Assembly: GCA_963826115.1 (NCBI GenBank)
Contig: CAWGVS010000006.1
Location: 928,001 to 992,000 of the forward strand
Source of the DNA: an uncultured Candidatus Rokubacteria bacterium
Lineage (GTDB): Bacteria > Methylomirabilota > Methylomirabilia > Rokubacteriales > DASRDR01
Reading direction: 5' to 3'
Length of the DNA: 64,000 nucleotides
In this document: positions 1 to 8,479 of the stretch, piece by piece
How the letters are laid out: every line of letters starts with the position of its first letter
Numbering within the stretch: the stretch's first letter is position 1
The notes under the pieces: generated by a model
What the model was told of the DNA's origin: nothing
What the model saw: the letters and a program-made list of their open reading frames with translations, nothing else
The model's database searches: none
Translations under genes and position numbers: made by a program

Positions 1-809
1 GGCTCGAACTCGGCCCGCGCCTTCTCGTCCGTCTCGGCGACGTACACGAGGACGGGCCACCCGAGCTGCGAGGACGGCACCTCGTAGCCGAGCTTCGACG
101 CCGCGTGCTCGCGCAGGAGCGCGTAGTGCTCCTGCATCACCTGGTACGGCGAGAAGGGGAGCGCGATGAAGGGATAGCGGCGCTCGGCGACCCAGCGGAT
201 CGTCTCGACGCTTCCCGAGCCCGGGACCCAGATGGGCGGGTGAGGCGACTGGAGCGGGCGCGGCCACACGTTCACGAACCGGAAGTCGTAGTGCTTGCCC
301 TCGAAGTGGAACGGCCCGGGCCGGGTCCACGCCTCGACGATGAGGTCGTGGGCCTCGCGGTAGCGCTCCCGGAAGAAGGTGGGGTTGACCTCGTAGGTGT
401 AGGCCTCGACGCCGAGCCCCACCACCATGCCGGCGATGATCCGGCCCCCGCTGATCACGTCGAGCATCGCCAGCTCCTCGGCGACCCGGAGCGGGTGGTC
501 GTAGAGGGGGAGCGCGTTGCCGAGGATCAGGATCTTGACCCGGCGCGTGCGCTGGGCGAGGCACGCCGCGATGATGTTGGGCGACGGCATGAGGCCGTAG
601 GCGCTCTGGTGGTGCTCGTTCACCCCGACGGCGTCGAAGCCCAGCGTCTCGGCGAGCGCGAGCTGGTCGAGATACTCGCCGTAGAGCGCGTGCCCGCGGG
701 CGGGATCGTAGACGCTGTTGGGCAGGGTCAGCCACGCGGTCTCGTGACGCTGCTCGAAGTCGGCCGGGAGATGCGGCCACGGCATGAAGTGGAAGCAGAC
801 GAACAGCAT
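1..809 (-). CDS. LLM-class (luciferase-like) flavin-dependent oxidoreductase, 3' end outside the window
   Basis: Translated by hand from ATG at 809: MLFVCFHFMPWPHLP...GFDAVGVNEHHQSAYGLMPSPN...HPLRVAEELAMLDVISGGR...VWPRPLQSPHPPIW, typical LLM motifs. Start abuts the TAG of the upstream hydrolase. Not in the ORF track because it is truncated. Confidence 0.9.
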   Translation of the reverse strand, partial: MLFVCFHFMPWPHLPADFEQRHETAWLTLPNSVYDPARGHALYGEYLDQLALAETLGFDAVGVNEHHQSAYGLMPSPNIIAACLAQRTRRVKILILGNALPLYDHPLRVAEELAMLDVISGGRIIAGMVVGLGVEAYTYEVNPTFFRERYREAHDLIVEAWTRPGPFHFEGKHYDFRFVNVWPRPLQSPHPPIWVPGSGSVETIRWVAERRYPFIALPFSPYQVMQEHYALLREHAASKLGYEVPSSQLGWPVLVYVAETDEKARAEFE

Positions 810-1607
810 CTAGGCTCCGTCCAGGAAGCCGAGCGCGAGCTCGGCGAAGCGCTCGGGGCGCTCGAACGGCGGGAGATGCCCGCAACGATCGAGGACCTCC
901 AGCCGCGCGCCCGGGATGCCGCGCGCGTACGCCTCGCCGTAGGCGAGGGGGATGAGCCGGTCCTCGCGGCCCCACACGACGAGCGTCGGCGCGGCGATCC
1001 GCCAGAGCCGGCTCGTGAGCTTCCGGTACTGCTGGGCCGGGTTCCAGAGGAGCCGGGCCGCGGCCTCGCGCCCCCGGAGCACGACCTCGAGCCGCTCCGG
1101 AGGCGGCGCGTCTGGCAGGATGGCCTTCGCGACGGGCGACGCGGGGTCGTGGAACATGAGCTCCCGGACCTTGGGCGGCGTCAGCATGAAGGGGTTGCCC
1201 ATCTCCACGCCGGGGAGACGCACGCCCGCGGCGTCCACCAGGACCAGCCGGCCCACCCGGGCGGGATGGCGGAGCGCGAGCTCGGCCGCCAGCCAGCCGC
1301 CGAGCGAGAGGCCCACCACGTCGACCCGGTCGAGCGCGAGGGCGTCGAGCACGTCGAGCGTGTGGAAGACCAGGTCCTCGATCGACTCGATCGCGTCGAG
1401 CCCCTCGGAGGCGCCGAAGCCCGGGTGGACGGGCAGAAGGACCCGGCGGCGCGCCGCGAGGAGATCGTGCACCGGCATCCACCAGAACGTCCCGGCGCCG
1501 TGGAGATAGAGGAGGGGCCGGCCGGCGCCGCCCTCGAACAGCTGGACGCTCCGTCCGTGGACGGCGAGTGCGCGCTCCCGGCCGGGCGAGGCTACGGCGT
1601 GTTCCAC
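810..1607 (-). CDS. Alpha/beta hydrolase
   Basis: YLHGAG, GLSLGG nucleophile elbow, VWGREDRL (Asp), CGHLPPFE (His). Start uncertain: GTG 1607, or ATG 1657 if one base is missing (see findings). Confidence 0.85.
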   Translation of the reverse strand: MEHAVASPGRERALAVHGRSVQLFEGGAGRPLLYLHGAGTFWWMPVHDLLAARRRVLLPVHPGFGASEGLDAIESIEDLVFHTLDVLDALALDRVDVVGLSLGGWLAAELALRHPARVGRLVLVDAAGVRLPGVEMGNPFMLTPPKVRELMFHDPASPVAKAILPDAPPPERLEVVLRGREAAARLLWNPAQQYRKLTSRLWRIAAPTLVVWGREDRLIPLAYGEAYARGIPGARLEVLDRCGHLPPFERPERFAELALGFLDGA

Positions 1608-1827
1608 GGCGTCTCGATCGCGCGCGAGGGTCCGAACACGAGCTGGGTGATCGACATTCCCTCTCGTGGCTGAGGTGGCGCCTACCATACCACACCGTCC
1701 GGACGGCCCGGCGCCCGCCGGCGTCGCCGGCGCGGCCGGCGCCGGCTATACTGCGCGCGAGCCGGTCGCCGCGCCCGCGTGGCGCGCGCCGTCCGAGCCC
1801 GGACCCATCGGCGGAGAGGCGGTGTGG

Positions 1828-2862
1828 ATGCTCTTCCTCACGACGCTCGTCGGCAGCTACCCCCAGCCCGACTGGCTGATCGACCGCCAGCGCCTGGCCG
1901 GCCGGTTCCCGCCGCGCGTCAGGGCGCGCGAGCTCTGGCGGGTGGCCGAGCCCTGGCTCCGCGAGGCGCAGGACGACGCGACCCTCCTGGCCATCCGCGC
2001 GCAGGAAGCGGCGGGGCTCGACGTCGTCACCGACGGCGAGATCCGGCGCGAGAGCTACTCGAACCGCTTCGCGACGGCGCTGGACGGGGTCGACGTCGAC
2101 AACCCGGGCACCGCCCTCGATCGCTCCGGCCATCCGAACCCGGTGCCGCGCATCGTCGGGCCGGTCCGGCGCCGGCACCCGGTCGAGGTCGAGGATGTGC
2201 GATTCCTCCGCGCGCACACGGCGAAGCCGATCAAGATGACCGTGCCGGGGCCGTTTACGATGAGCCAGCAGGCGCAGAACGACTACTACCCGAGCGAGGA
2301 GGCGGCGGCGATGGACTACGCCGCCGCGGTCAACGAGGAGATCCGGGACCTCTTCGCCGCCGGCGCCGACGTCGTCCAGGTCGACGAGCCCTACCTGCAG
2401 GCGCGGCCGGAGAAGGCCCGCCAGTACGGGCTCCGCGCGCTCAACCGCGCGCTCGAGGGCGTCGGCGGCCCGACCGCAGTCCACATCTGCTTCGGCTACG
2501 CCGCGATCATCCATCAGCGCCCCTCGGCCTACTCGTTCCTGCCCGAGCTGGCCCGCTGCTCGTGCCAGCAGGTGTCGATCGAGACCGCGCAGTCCGGGCT
2601 CGACTGCGCGGTCCTGGCCGCCCTGCCGGACAAGCAGATCATGCTGGGGTGCCTCGACCTGAGCGATCCCACCGTCGAGACGCCGGAGACCGTCGTCCGC
2701 CGCGTGCGGCGCGCCCTCGACCACGTTCCCGCGGAGCGCCTCATCCTGGCGCCCGACTGCGGGATGAAGTACCTGCCGCGAGACGCCGCGTTCGGCAAGA
2801 TGCAGGCCATGGTGGCCGCGGCCCGGATCCTCCGGGCGGAGCTTTCCCGGGAGGCCCGATGA
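1828..2862 (+). CDS. Cobalamin-independent methionine synthase II family protein (stand-alone MetE C-terminal domain)
   Basis: TTLVGSYPQP, TDGEIRRESY, QVDEP, zinc ligands HICFG / IE / PDCG. ATG 1828 follows GGAGAGG. Confidence 0.9.
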   Translation: MLFLTTLVGSYPQPDWLIDRQRLAGRFPPRVRARELWRVAEPWLREAQDDATLLAIRAQEAAGLDVVTDGEIRRESYSNRFATALDGVDVDNPGTALDRSGHPNPVPRIVGPVRRRHPVEVEDVRFLRAHTAKPIKMTVPGPFTMSQQAQNDYYPSEEAAAMDYAAAVNEEIRDLFAAGADVVQVDEPYLQARPEKARQYGLRALNRALEGVGGPTAVHICFGYAAIIHQRPSAYSFLPELARCSCQQVSIETAQSGLDCAVLAALPDKQIMLGCLDLSDPTVETPETVVRRVRRALDHVPAERLILAPDCGMKYLPRDAAFGKMQAMVAAARILRAELSREAR

Positions 2863-3872
2863 AGATCGACGTGTTCCCGCACATCTTCCCCAAGCGCTTC
2901 TTCGACCGGATGTGCGAGGTCGTCTCGCCCTCGCACTACATGCAGAAGCGGACGCGGGCGATTCCCGTGCTGACCGACCTCGACCTCCGCTTCCGGATCA
3001 TGGATCGCTACGAGGGCTACGTGCAGGTGCTGACGCTCTGCTCGCCCCCGATCGAGGCGTACGCCGCGCCCGATCTCGCGGCGGACCTCGCGCGTCTCGC
3101 CAACGACGGCATGGCCGAGCTCGTCGAGCGGTACCCGGACCGGTTCCCGGCCTTCGTGGCCTCGCTCCCGATGAACGATCCCGACGCGGCCCTGCGCGAG
3201 ATCGACCGGGCCATCCGGGATCTCGGGGCCACCGGCGTCCAGATCTTCTCGAACGTGAACGGCGCGCCGCTCGACGCGCCGGAGTACCGGCCCATCTTCG
3301 ACCGGATGGCCCAGCACCGGCTCCCGATCTGGATGCACCCGGCCCGCCCGGCCTCGTTTCCCGACTACCGGGGCGAGGCGCGGTCGAAGTTCGACATCTG
3401 GTGGGCCTTCGGCTGGCCCTACGAGACGACCGCCGCCATGGCCCGCCTGGTCTTCGACGGTCTCTTCGAGCGCCACCCGGACCTCCAGATCATCACGCAT
3501 CACATGGGCGCGATGGTGCCGCACTTCGAGGGGCGGGCGGGGTACGGGCTCGACCAGCTGGGCACGCGGACCGACGATCCGGACGACGTGACGGCCGCGC
3601 ACGGGCTCACCGGCCGGCCGGTCGACCACTTCCGGAAGTTCTACGGCGACACCGCGTTGTTCGGGGCGTCCCACGCCATGGAGTGCGGCCTCGCCTTCTT
3701 CGGCGCCGATCGCATCCTGTTCGGCACCGACATGCCCTTCGACCCCGAGCGGGGGCCCGGGTTCATCCGCGAGACCATCGCCGCGATGGAGCGCATGCGG
3801 GCGACCCCCGCGGAGAAGGCGAAGATCTACGAGGGGAACGCCCGCCGGATGCTCCGCCTGCGGCTCCGATGA
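2859..3872 (+). CDS. Amidohydrolase_2 family protein (ACMSD/LigW-like decarboxylase/hydratase fold)
   Basis: MKIDVFPHI, PIWMHP, IITHHMGAMVP, ILFGTDMPF. ATGA overlap with the upstream gene. Confidence 0.88.
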   Translation: MKIDVFPHIFPKRFFDRMCEVVSPSHYMQKRTRAIPVLTDLDLRFRIMDRYEGYVQVLTLCSPPIEAYAAPDLAADLARLANDGMAELVERYPDRFPAFVASLPMNDPDAALREIDRAIRDLGATGVQIFSNVNGAPLDAPEYRPIFDRMAQHRLPIWMHPARPASFPDYRGEARSKFDIWWAFGWPYETTAAMARLVFDGLFERHPDLQIITHHMGAMVPHFEGRAGYGLDQLGTRTDDPDDVTAAHGLTGRPVDHFRKFYGDTALFGASHAMECGLAFFGADRILFGTDMPFDPERGPGFIRETIAAMERMRATPAEKAKIYEGNARRMLRLRLR

Positions 3873-3990
3873 CCGCGCGGCCCGGGCGCCGCGCGGGGCT
3901 GGTATGATCGAGGCGGCCGGGGTCGCGCGGTGACCGACGCGCGGCGCCCGACTGCGGACGAGCCCGCGGCACGCTGAAGGAGAACCCGAC

Positions 3991-4902
3991 ATGCCGGTCA
4001 GAGCCCTTCTCCACTACGCCCTCGAGGTGCCGGACCAGACGGTCGGTGAGACGTTCTATCGCACGTTCGGGCTCGTCGACCGCCCGTCGCGGGACGGCGC
4101 GGTGCACCTCCATCCCGGCGGGCCGGGACGCGAATGCACGCTGCTCTACGAGGGTCCGCGGAAGCGACTCCACCATCTGGCCTTCGGCGCGCCCGGCGGG
4201 GAGCTCGAGGCGGTGCGCGAGTCGCTGCGGCGGGCGGGCGTGCGGGAAGTCGATCCGCCGCGGGGCGCGCCCGACGGCGGCTTCTGGGTGCGCGATCCCG
4301 ACGGCCACCACGTGAACGTCCGGCCCGAAGGGGCCCCGGACCCTCCGCCCGATCCACCGCTCGCGACCAACAGTCCCGGCCACATCCAGCGCGAGGTCCG
4401 GCGCGGGAGTCCCGATCGCGCGCTCCACGCGGCGCCCCGGAAGCTCGGCCACGTCCTCCTCTTCACGCCGGACGTCGACCGCCAGGTCGACTTCTACACG
4501 CGGGTCCTCGGCCTCAAGCTGTCGGACCGGGTGAAGAGCATCATCGCCTTCACGCGCTGCAGCACCGACCACCACAACCTGGCGTTCCTCGCGTCCAAGG
4601 GGCCGGGGTTCCACCACGCCTCGTTCCAGGTGGGCTCGGTCGACGAGATCGCGATCGGCGCGGCGAAGATGCGGGACTCGGGCTGGCAGATGGGGTGGGG
4701 GCTCGGCCGCCACGTCATCGGGTCGAACTACTTCTATTACACGCGCGACCCCTGGGGGAGCTTCGCCGAGTACTACCACGACCTCGACTTCATCCCCGAG
4801 AACTGCGCGTGGGTCCCCCGGGACTTCCCGGAGGAGGACTCGCTCTACGTCTGGGGCCCGCCGGTGCCGCCGGAGTTCGTCGAGAACGCCGAGCTGACCT
4901 AG
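3991..4902 (+). CDS. Two-domain VOC family protein, type I extradiol (catechol 2,3-dioxygenase-like) ring-cleavage enzyme
   Basis: KLGHVLL, DHHNLAF, FHHASF, GLGRHVIGSNYFYYTRDPWGSFAEY (His/His/Glu metal triad). SD AAGGAG. Confidence 0.85.
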   Translation: MPVRALLHYALEVPDQTVGETFYRTFGLVDRPSRDGAVHLHPGGPGRECTLLYEGPRKRLHHLAFGAPGGELEAVRESLRRAGVREVDPPRGAPDGGFWVRDPDGHHVNVRPEGAPDPPPDPPLATNSPGHIQREVRRGSPDRALHAAPRKLGHVLLFTPDVDRQVDFYTRVLGLKLSDRVKSIIAFTRCSTDHHNLAFLASKGPGFHHASFQVGSVDEIAIGAAKMRDSGWQMGWGLGRHVIGSNYFYYTRDPWGSFAEYYHDLDFIPENCAWVPRDFPEEDSLYVWGPPVPPEFVENAELT

Positions 4903-5024
4903 GTCCGGCCCGCTCCGGCCGAGAGGCCGCGAGCGCGCCCCGCCGGCACGTCCGGGCCCACCGCGCGCCCCCCGCCGCGGGGGCCCGCGTGCACCTCCGC
5001 AAAGCGGGCCGTATACTGCGCGCC

Positions 5025-6263
5025 GTGCCCGAATTCCCCTGGCTGCGCCTGGTCGCGCTGATCGCGTTCGTCGGCAGCTACCTTGGCCTGGCCCTCGGGC
5101 GTCTCCCCGGCTTCCGCGTCGACCGCACCGGCGTGGCCATCATCGGCGCCACCGTCATGGTCGTGTCCGGGGTCCTGCCGTGGGACAAGGCGGTCGCCAG
5201 CGTCGACGTGCACACGCTCGTCCTCCTGTTCGGCATGATGATCGTCGCGGCGTACCTCCGGCTGTCCGGGTTCTTCCATCTGGTGACGCACTGGGCGGTC
5301 CGGCGCGCCCGGGGACCGATCGGGCTCCTGGCGGTGGTCGCGCTCGCATCCGGCGTCCTCTCGGCGCTCTTCGTCAACGACGTGATCTGTCTCGTGCTCG
5401 CGCCGGTCGTGCTGGCCGTCGTCCGCCAGCTCCGCCTGCCGCCGGTGCCGTACCTCCTGGCGCTCGCGACCGCGGCGAACGTCGGGAGCGTCGCCACCCT
5501 GACCGGGAACCCGCAGAACATGCTGATCGGGAGCTTCTCGGGGATCGGCTACCGCGCGTTCCTCGCGCGGCAGGCGCCGGTGGCCGTGGTCGGACTCGCC
5601 TGCGTCGTCCTCGTGCTATGGCTCGTCTACCGGCGGGAGCTGCCGAAGGCGCTGCCGTCGGCGAACCTCGCGGCGAACTTCCCGGTCCACGCGGCGCTCA
5701 TGACGAAGACGATCGTGGCGGTGTGCGTGATGCTCGTCGCGTTCTTCGCCGGGGTGCCGATCGCCCTGGTGGCCGTGGGCGGCGCCGCCGTCTGCCTCCT
5801 CACGAGGCGCGTCAAGCCGGAGAAGGTCTACCGGGAGATCGACTGGCATCTCCTCGTCCTCTTCACCGGGCTCTTCGTCGTGATCGGGGGGGTCGAGGCG
5901 GCGCACCTGACCGACTACCTGTTCAGCGTCGCGAACCGGCTCGCCCTGTACCGGCCGGCCGTGCTGACCCTGGTGACGGCAGTCCTGTCGAACCTCGTCT
6001 CCAACGTCCCGGCGGTGCTTCTGTTCAAGACGATCATCCCGGGCTTCGGCGAGCCGGTGCGCGCCTGGCTCATCCTGGCGATGGCGTCCACGCTCGCCGG
6101 CAACCTCACGATCGTGGGCTCGGTGGCCAACCTGATCGTGGTGGAGGCCGCCCGCGAGGAGCGGGTGGCGATCGGATTCTGGGAATACGCCCGGATCGGC
6201 GTGCCCATCACCCTGGTGACGCTGGTCCTCGGCTGGGCCCTCCTCGTGCTCCTGCCGGCGTAG
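5025..6263 (+). CDS. ArsB/NhaD (CitMHS-like) anion transporter
   Basis: About 11-12 TM segments; FVNDVICL, ANVGSVATLTGNPQN, SNLVSNVPA, STLAGNLT. GTG 5025 lies 7 nt after TATACT. Confidence 0.87.
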   Translation: MPEFPWLRLVALIAFVGSYLGLALGRLPGFRVDRTGVAIIGATVMVVSGVLPWDKAVASVDVHTLVLLFGMMIVAAYLRLSGFFHLVTHWAVRRARGPIGLLAVVALASGVLSALFVNDVICLVLAPVVLAVVRQLRLPPVPYLLALATAANVGSVATLTGNPQNMLIGSFSGIGYRAFLARQAPVAVVGLACVVLVLWLVYRRELPKALPSANLAANFPVHAALMTKTIVAVCVMLVAFFAGVPIALVAVGGAAVCLLTRRVKPEKVYREIDWHLLVLFTGLFVVIGGVEAAHLTDYLFSVANRLALYRPAVLTLVTAVLSNLVSNVPAVLLFKTIIPGFGEPVRAWLILAMASTLAGNLTIVGSVANLIVVEAAREERVAIGFWEYARIGVPITLVTLVLGWALLVLLPA

Positions 6264-6324
6264 CAGGACGCGACGACTCGACGCGGGCCCGGTCCCCCGG
6301 GCCGCGTGTGCTACCGTGGAAGTC

Positions 6325-6639
6325 GTGGCCGGAGTCCGCTGGCTCTTCGTGTTCCTCCTGTGGGCGGCCCTCGACCTGTCCGGGCCGGTTCTCTTCGTCT
6401 CCGTCGAGGCCTTCGAGGAGTCCGAGGAGGCAGCGCACCGGGCCCAGGCCCGCCGGCGCGAGCGCCAGGCCGCGGTCCAGGCGACGCCGGCCGGGTGGCG
6501 CATCCGCGCCGCGGTGACCCGCCCATCGCCCCTCGCGGCCGCCGCGCCGCGCCACCGGGGGCCCGAGACGGGCAGGGGTGACGTGCTGAAGTTGCCGCCG
6601 TCCGGCCCCGGTTCCGATTCCGCTCCCGACGACCACTAG
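6325..6639 (+). CDS. Small hypothetical membrane-anchored protein; candidate regulatory uORF of the USP-terC unit
   Basis: N-terminal hydrophobic segment VRWLFVFLLWAALDLSGPVLFV, an acidic then a basic stretch, C-terminus KLPPSGPGSDSAPDDH. Start is GTG 6325 (7 nt after TG-C-TACCGT) or GTG 6316. Confidence 0.65.
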   Translation: MAGVRWLFVFLLWAALDLSGPVLFVSVEAFEESEEAAHRAQARRRERQAAVQATPAGWRIRAAVTRPSPLAAAAPRHRGPETGRGDVLKLPPSGPGSDSAPDDH

Positions 6640-6755
6640 CTCTCCCCGATCCCCGTCGCTCACCTGAAGGCGCCGCTCCGTCCGCGACGGGCCTCTGCCC
6701 CGTCGCGCGCCCGGAGCGTGCCAGCCCGTTCTCGTCACCGATCAAGGGGGAGAGC
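6639..6755 (+). promoter_or_regulatory. Structured intercistronic RNA that sequesters the USP Shine-Dalgarno sequence
   Basis: GCTCTCCCC (6639-6647) is complementary to GGGGAGAGC (6747-6755), and GATC (6648-6651) to GATC (6740-6743). Inner hairpin: CGCTCCG 6674-6680 / CGGAGCG 6712-6718 and CGCGACGGG 6683-6691 / CCCGTCGCG 6699-6707. Confidence 0.7.
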
Positions 6756-6756
6756 C

Positions 6757-7341
6757 ATGGACACGCACCGTCAGCTCGATGTCCGTACCGAGGCCGACCA
6801 CCGAGCCCGCCGGGTTCTCGTCGTCGTGCACGGCCGGGAGCCGGCCGGCTGGGCCCTCGACGTCTCGCGCGCCCTCGCGGCCTCGCCCGGCGCCACGGTC
6901 GAGGTCCTCGCCGTGGTCGAGACGCCTTCTCCGCCCTCCGCGTCGCTGCTCCCGGCCGCCCGGCGTGCTCGCGCCCGGGCCCGCGCCGAATGGCGCCGGC
7001 TCGAGGCGGAGAGTGTCGCCCTGGGAGTCGAGGCCCTCCTCGCCTGCCTGGTCGAGCGGCCCGGGGTGACGTGGGTGCACGTCGCCGACGCCGATCCCGG
7101 CCGGGCGATCGTGGACCGAGCGAGGGCGTGGCCCGCGGCGGACCTCATCGTCGTCGGCGTGGACCGGACGAACTGGCTCCGGCGCCGGCTCCTCGGGCCC
7201 ATCCACGAACGGGTCGTCGCCCGCGCCGGCTGCCCCGTGCTGGTCCTGCCGCCTCCCGGGTGGACCGCTCTCGGCGTGAGGGACGACGTGCCGACGGCGG
7301 GATCCGGCGGGCGGCCGGTCGCGGCCGAGGGGGGCGCCTGA
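6757..7341 (+). CDS. Universal stress protein (USP) family
   Basis: RVLVVVHG...VEVLAVVE, DPGRAIVDRA, ADLIVVG...LLGPIHERVVARAGCPVLVLP. SD GGGGAG before ATG 6757. Confidence 0.85.
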   Translation: MDTHRQLDVRTEADHRARRVLVVVHGREPAGWALDVSRALAASPGATVEVLAVVETPSPPSASLLPAARRARARARAEWRRLEAESVALGVEALLACLVERPGVTWVHVADADPGRAIVDRARAWPAADLIVVGVDRTNWLRRRLLGPIHERVVARAGCPVLVLPPPGWTALGVRDDVPTAGSGGRPVAAEGGA

Positions 7342-8384
7342 TGGCCACCCTGTTCCCGTTCGGGGAGTACTGGTGGCTCTACGCGGCCTTCACGGGCGGC
7401 GTGCTGCTGCTGCTCCTGCTCGATCTCGGGGTGCTCCACCGGGACGAGCACGAGGTAGGGTTCCGGGAGGCCGCGCTGTGGAGCGCCGCGTGGGTGACGC
7501 TCGCGCTCCTCTTCAACGCCGGCCTGTACGCCTATGCCGTCACCACGTTTCCGGACAACCCCCGGCTCGCCGCGATCCCGGGGTTCGACCCGGAGGCGGC
7601 AGCCTGGCAGGTCGCGCTCGAGTTCCTCAGCGGGTACGTCGTGGAGTACTCGCTGTCCGTCGACAACATCTTCGTGTTCGTCCTGGTCCTCCGGTACTTC
7701 GGCGTTCCCGCGCGGTACCAGCACCGAGTGCTCTTCTACGGCATCCTGGGCGCGCTCGCCTTCCGCGGGATCTTCATCTCCCTGGGCGCCGTCCTCATGC
7801 AGTTCCACTGGGTCGTGTGGGTGTTCGGGGCCTTCCTCGTGATCACGGGCCTCCGGATGCTGCGCGGCGGGGAAGAGACCGTCGACCCGCACCGCAACCC
7901 GCTGATCCGTGTCGTCGCCCGGGTGCTCCCGGTCACCCACGAGCTCCTGGGGCGCCGGTTCTTCGTGCGCAAGGAGGGACGGCTCTGGGCTACACGCCTC
8001 CTGGTCGCACTGCTGTGCCTGGAGACGAGCGACATCGTCTTTGCCATCGACTCCGTGCCCGCGATCTTCGCGCTCACGCGGGAGCCGTTCATCGTCTTCT
8101 CGTCGAACGTGTTCGCGATCCTCGGGCTCCGGTCGATGTACTTCATGCTCGGGGGCGCCGTCGAGCGGTTCCACCTGCTCCGCTACGGCCTGGCGGTGGT
8201 GCTCGTGTTCGTGGGTCTCAAGATGGTCTGGCTCGACGCGTGGTCCGGCGGGAAGTTCCCGATCGGGATGTCGCTCGCCATCATCGGGGTGGCGCTCGGC
8301 ACCTCGGTCGTCGCCTCGCTGGTCTATCCCCGACGGCATGACCCCGCGCTGGCAAGTGCGCGGCCGGAGGAGGGCTCGCGGTGA
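7341..8384 (+). CDS. terC: TerC/Alx family metal (Mn) homeostasis membrane protein
   Basis: EYSLSVDNIFVF, YQHRVLFYGILGALAFRG, DIVFAIDSVPAIFA, SNVFAILGLRSMYF. TGATG overlap with USP. Confidence 0.93.
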   Translation: MATLFPFGEYWWLYAAFTGGVLLLLLLDLGVLHRDEHEVGFREAALWSAAWVTLALLFNAGLYAYAVTTFPDNPRLAAIPGFDPEAAAWQVALEFLSGYVVEYSLSVDNIFVFVLVLRYFGVPARYQHRVLFYGILGALAFRGIFISLGAVLMQFHWVVWVFGAFLVITGLRMLRGGEETVDPHRNPLIRVVARVLPVTHELLGRRFFVRKEGRLWATRLLVALLCLETSDIVFAIDSVPAIFALTREPFIVFSSNVFAILGLRSMYFMLGGAVERFHLLRYGLAVVLVFVGLKMVWLDAWSGGKFPIGMSLAIIGVALGTSVVASLVYPRRHDPALASARPEEGSR

Positions 8385-8427
8385 CCCGCCGGGGGGGCGA
8401 CCCCGTCGTCCGCCCCGGCGCGCGCCT

Positions 8428-8456
8428 TTGACGGTCCGGGGGGACCGAAGTAGCCT
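8428..8456 (+). promoter_or_regulatory. sigma70-type promoter of the glycosyltransferase gene
   Basis: TTGACG (8428-8433), 17 nt spacer, TAGCCT (8451-8456). The inverted repeat CGGTCC-N4-GGACCG (8432-8447) overlaps it. Confidence 0.6.
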
Positions 8457-8479
8457 GGCGTCCGGTAGCGACCAGGCGC

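Noticed and set aside
1779-3872. Apparent long N-terminal extensions or fusions in the ORF track (also 4134-6263, 25897-27996, 40288-42723, 43578-45686, 46672-48903, 56564-59665)
   Set aside because: These are stop-free read-through in frames overlapping upstream genes. The true starts are internal and marked by an SD, a stop-start overlap or the family N-terminus.
6640-7380. yybP-ykoY Mn riboswitch expected upstream of terC
   Set aside because: AAGGGGGAGAGC is the USP SD and GGGGAGTA at about 7362 lies in terC codons (GEY). I could not place the other conserved riboswitch elements. An Infernal scan would settle it.
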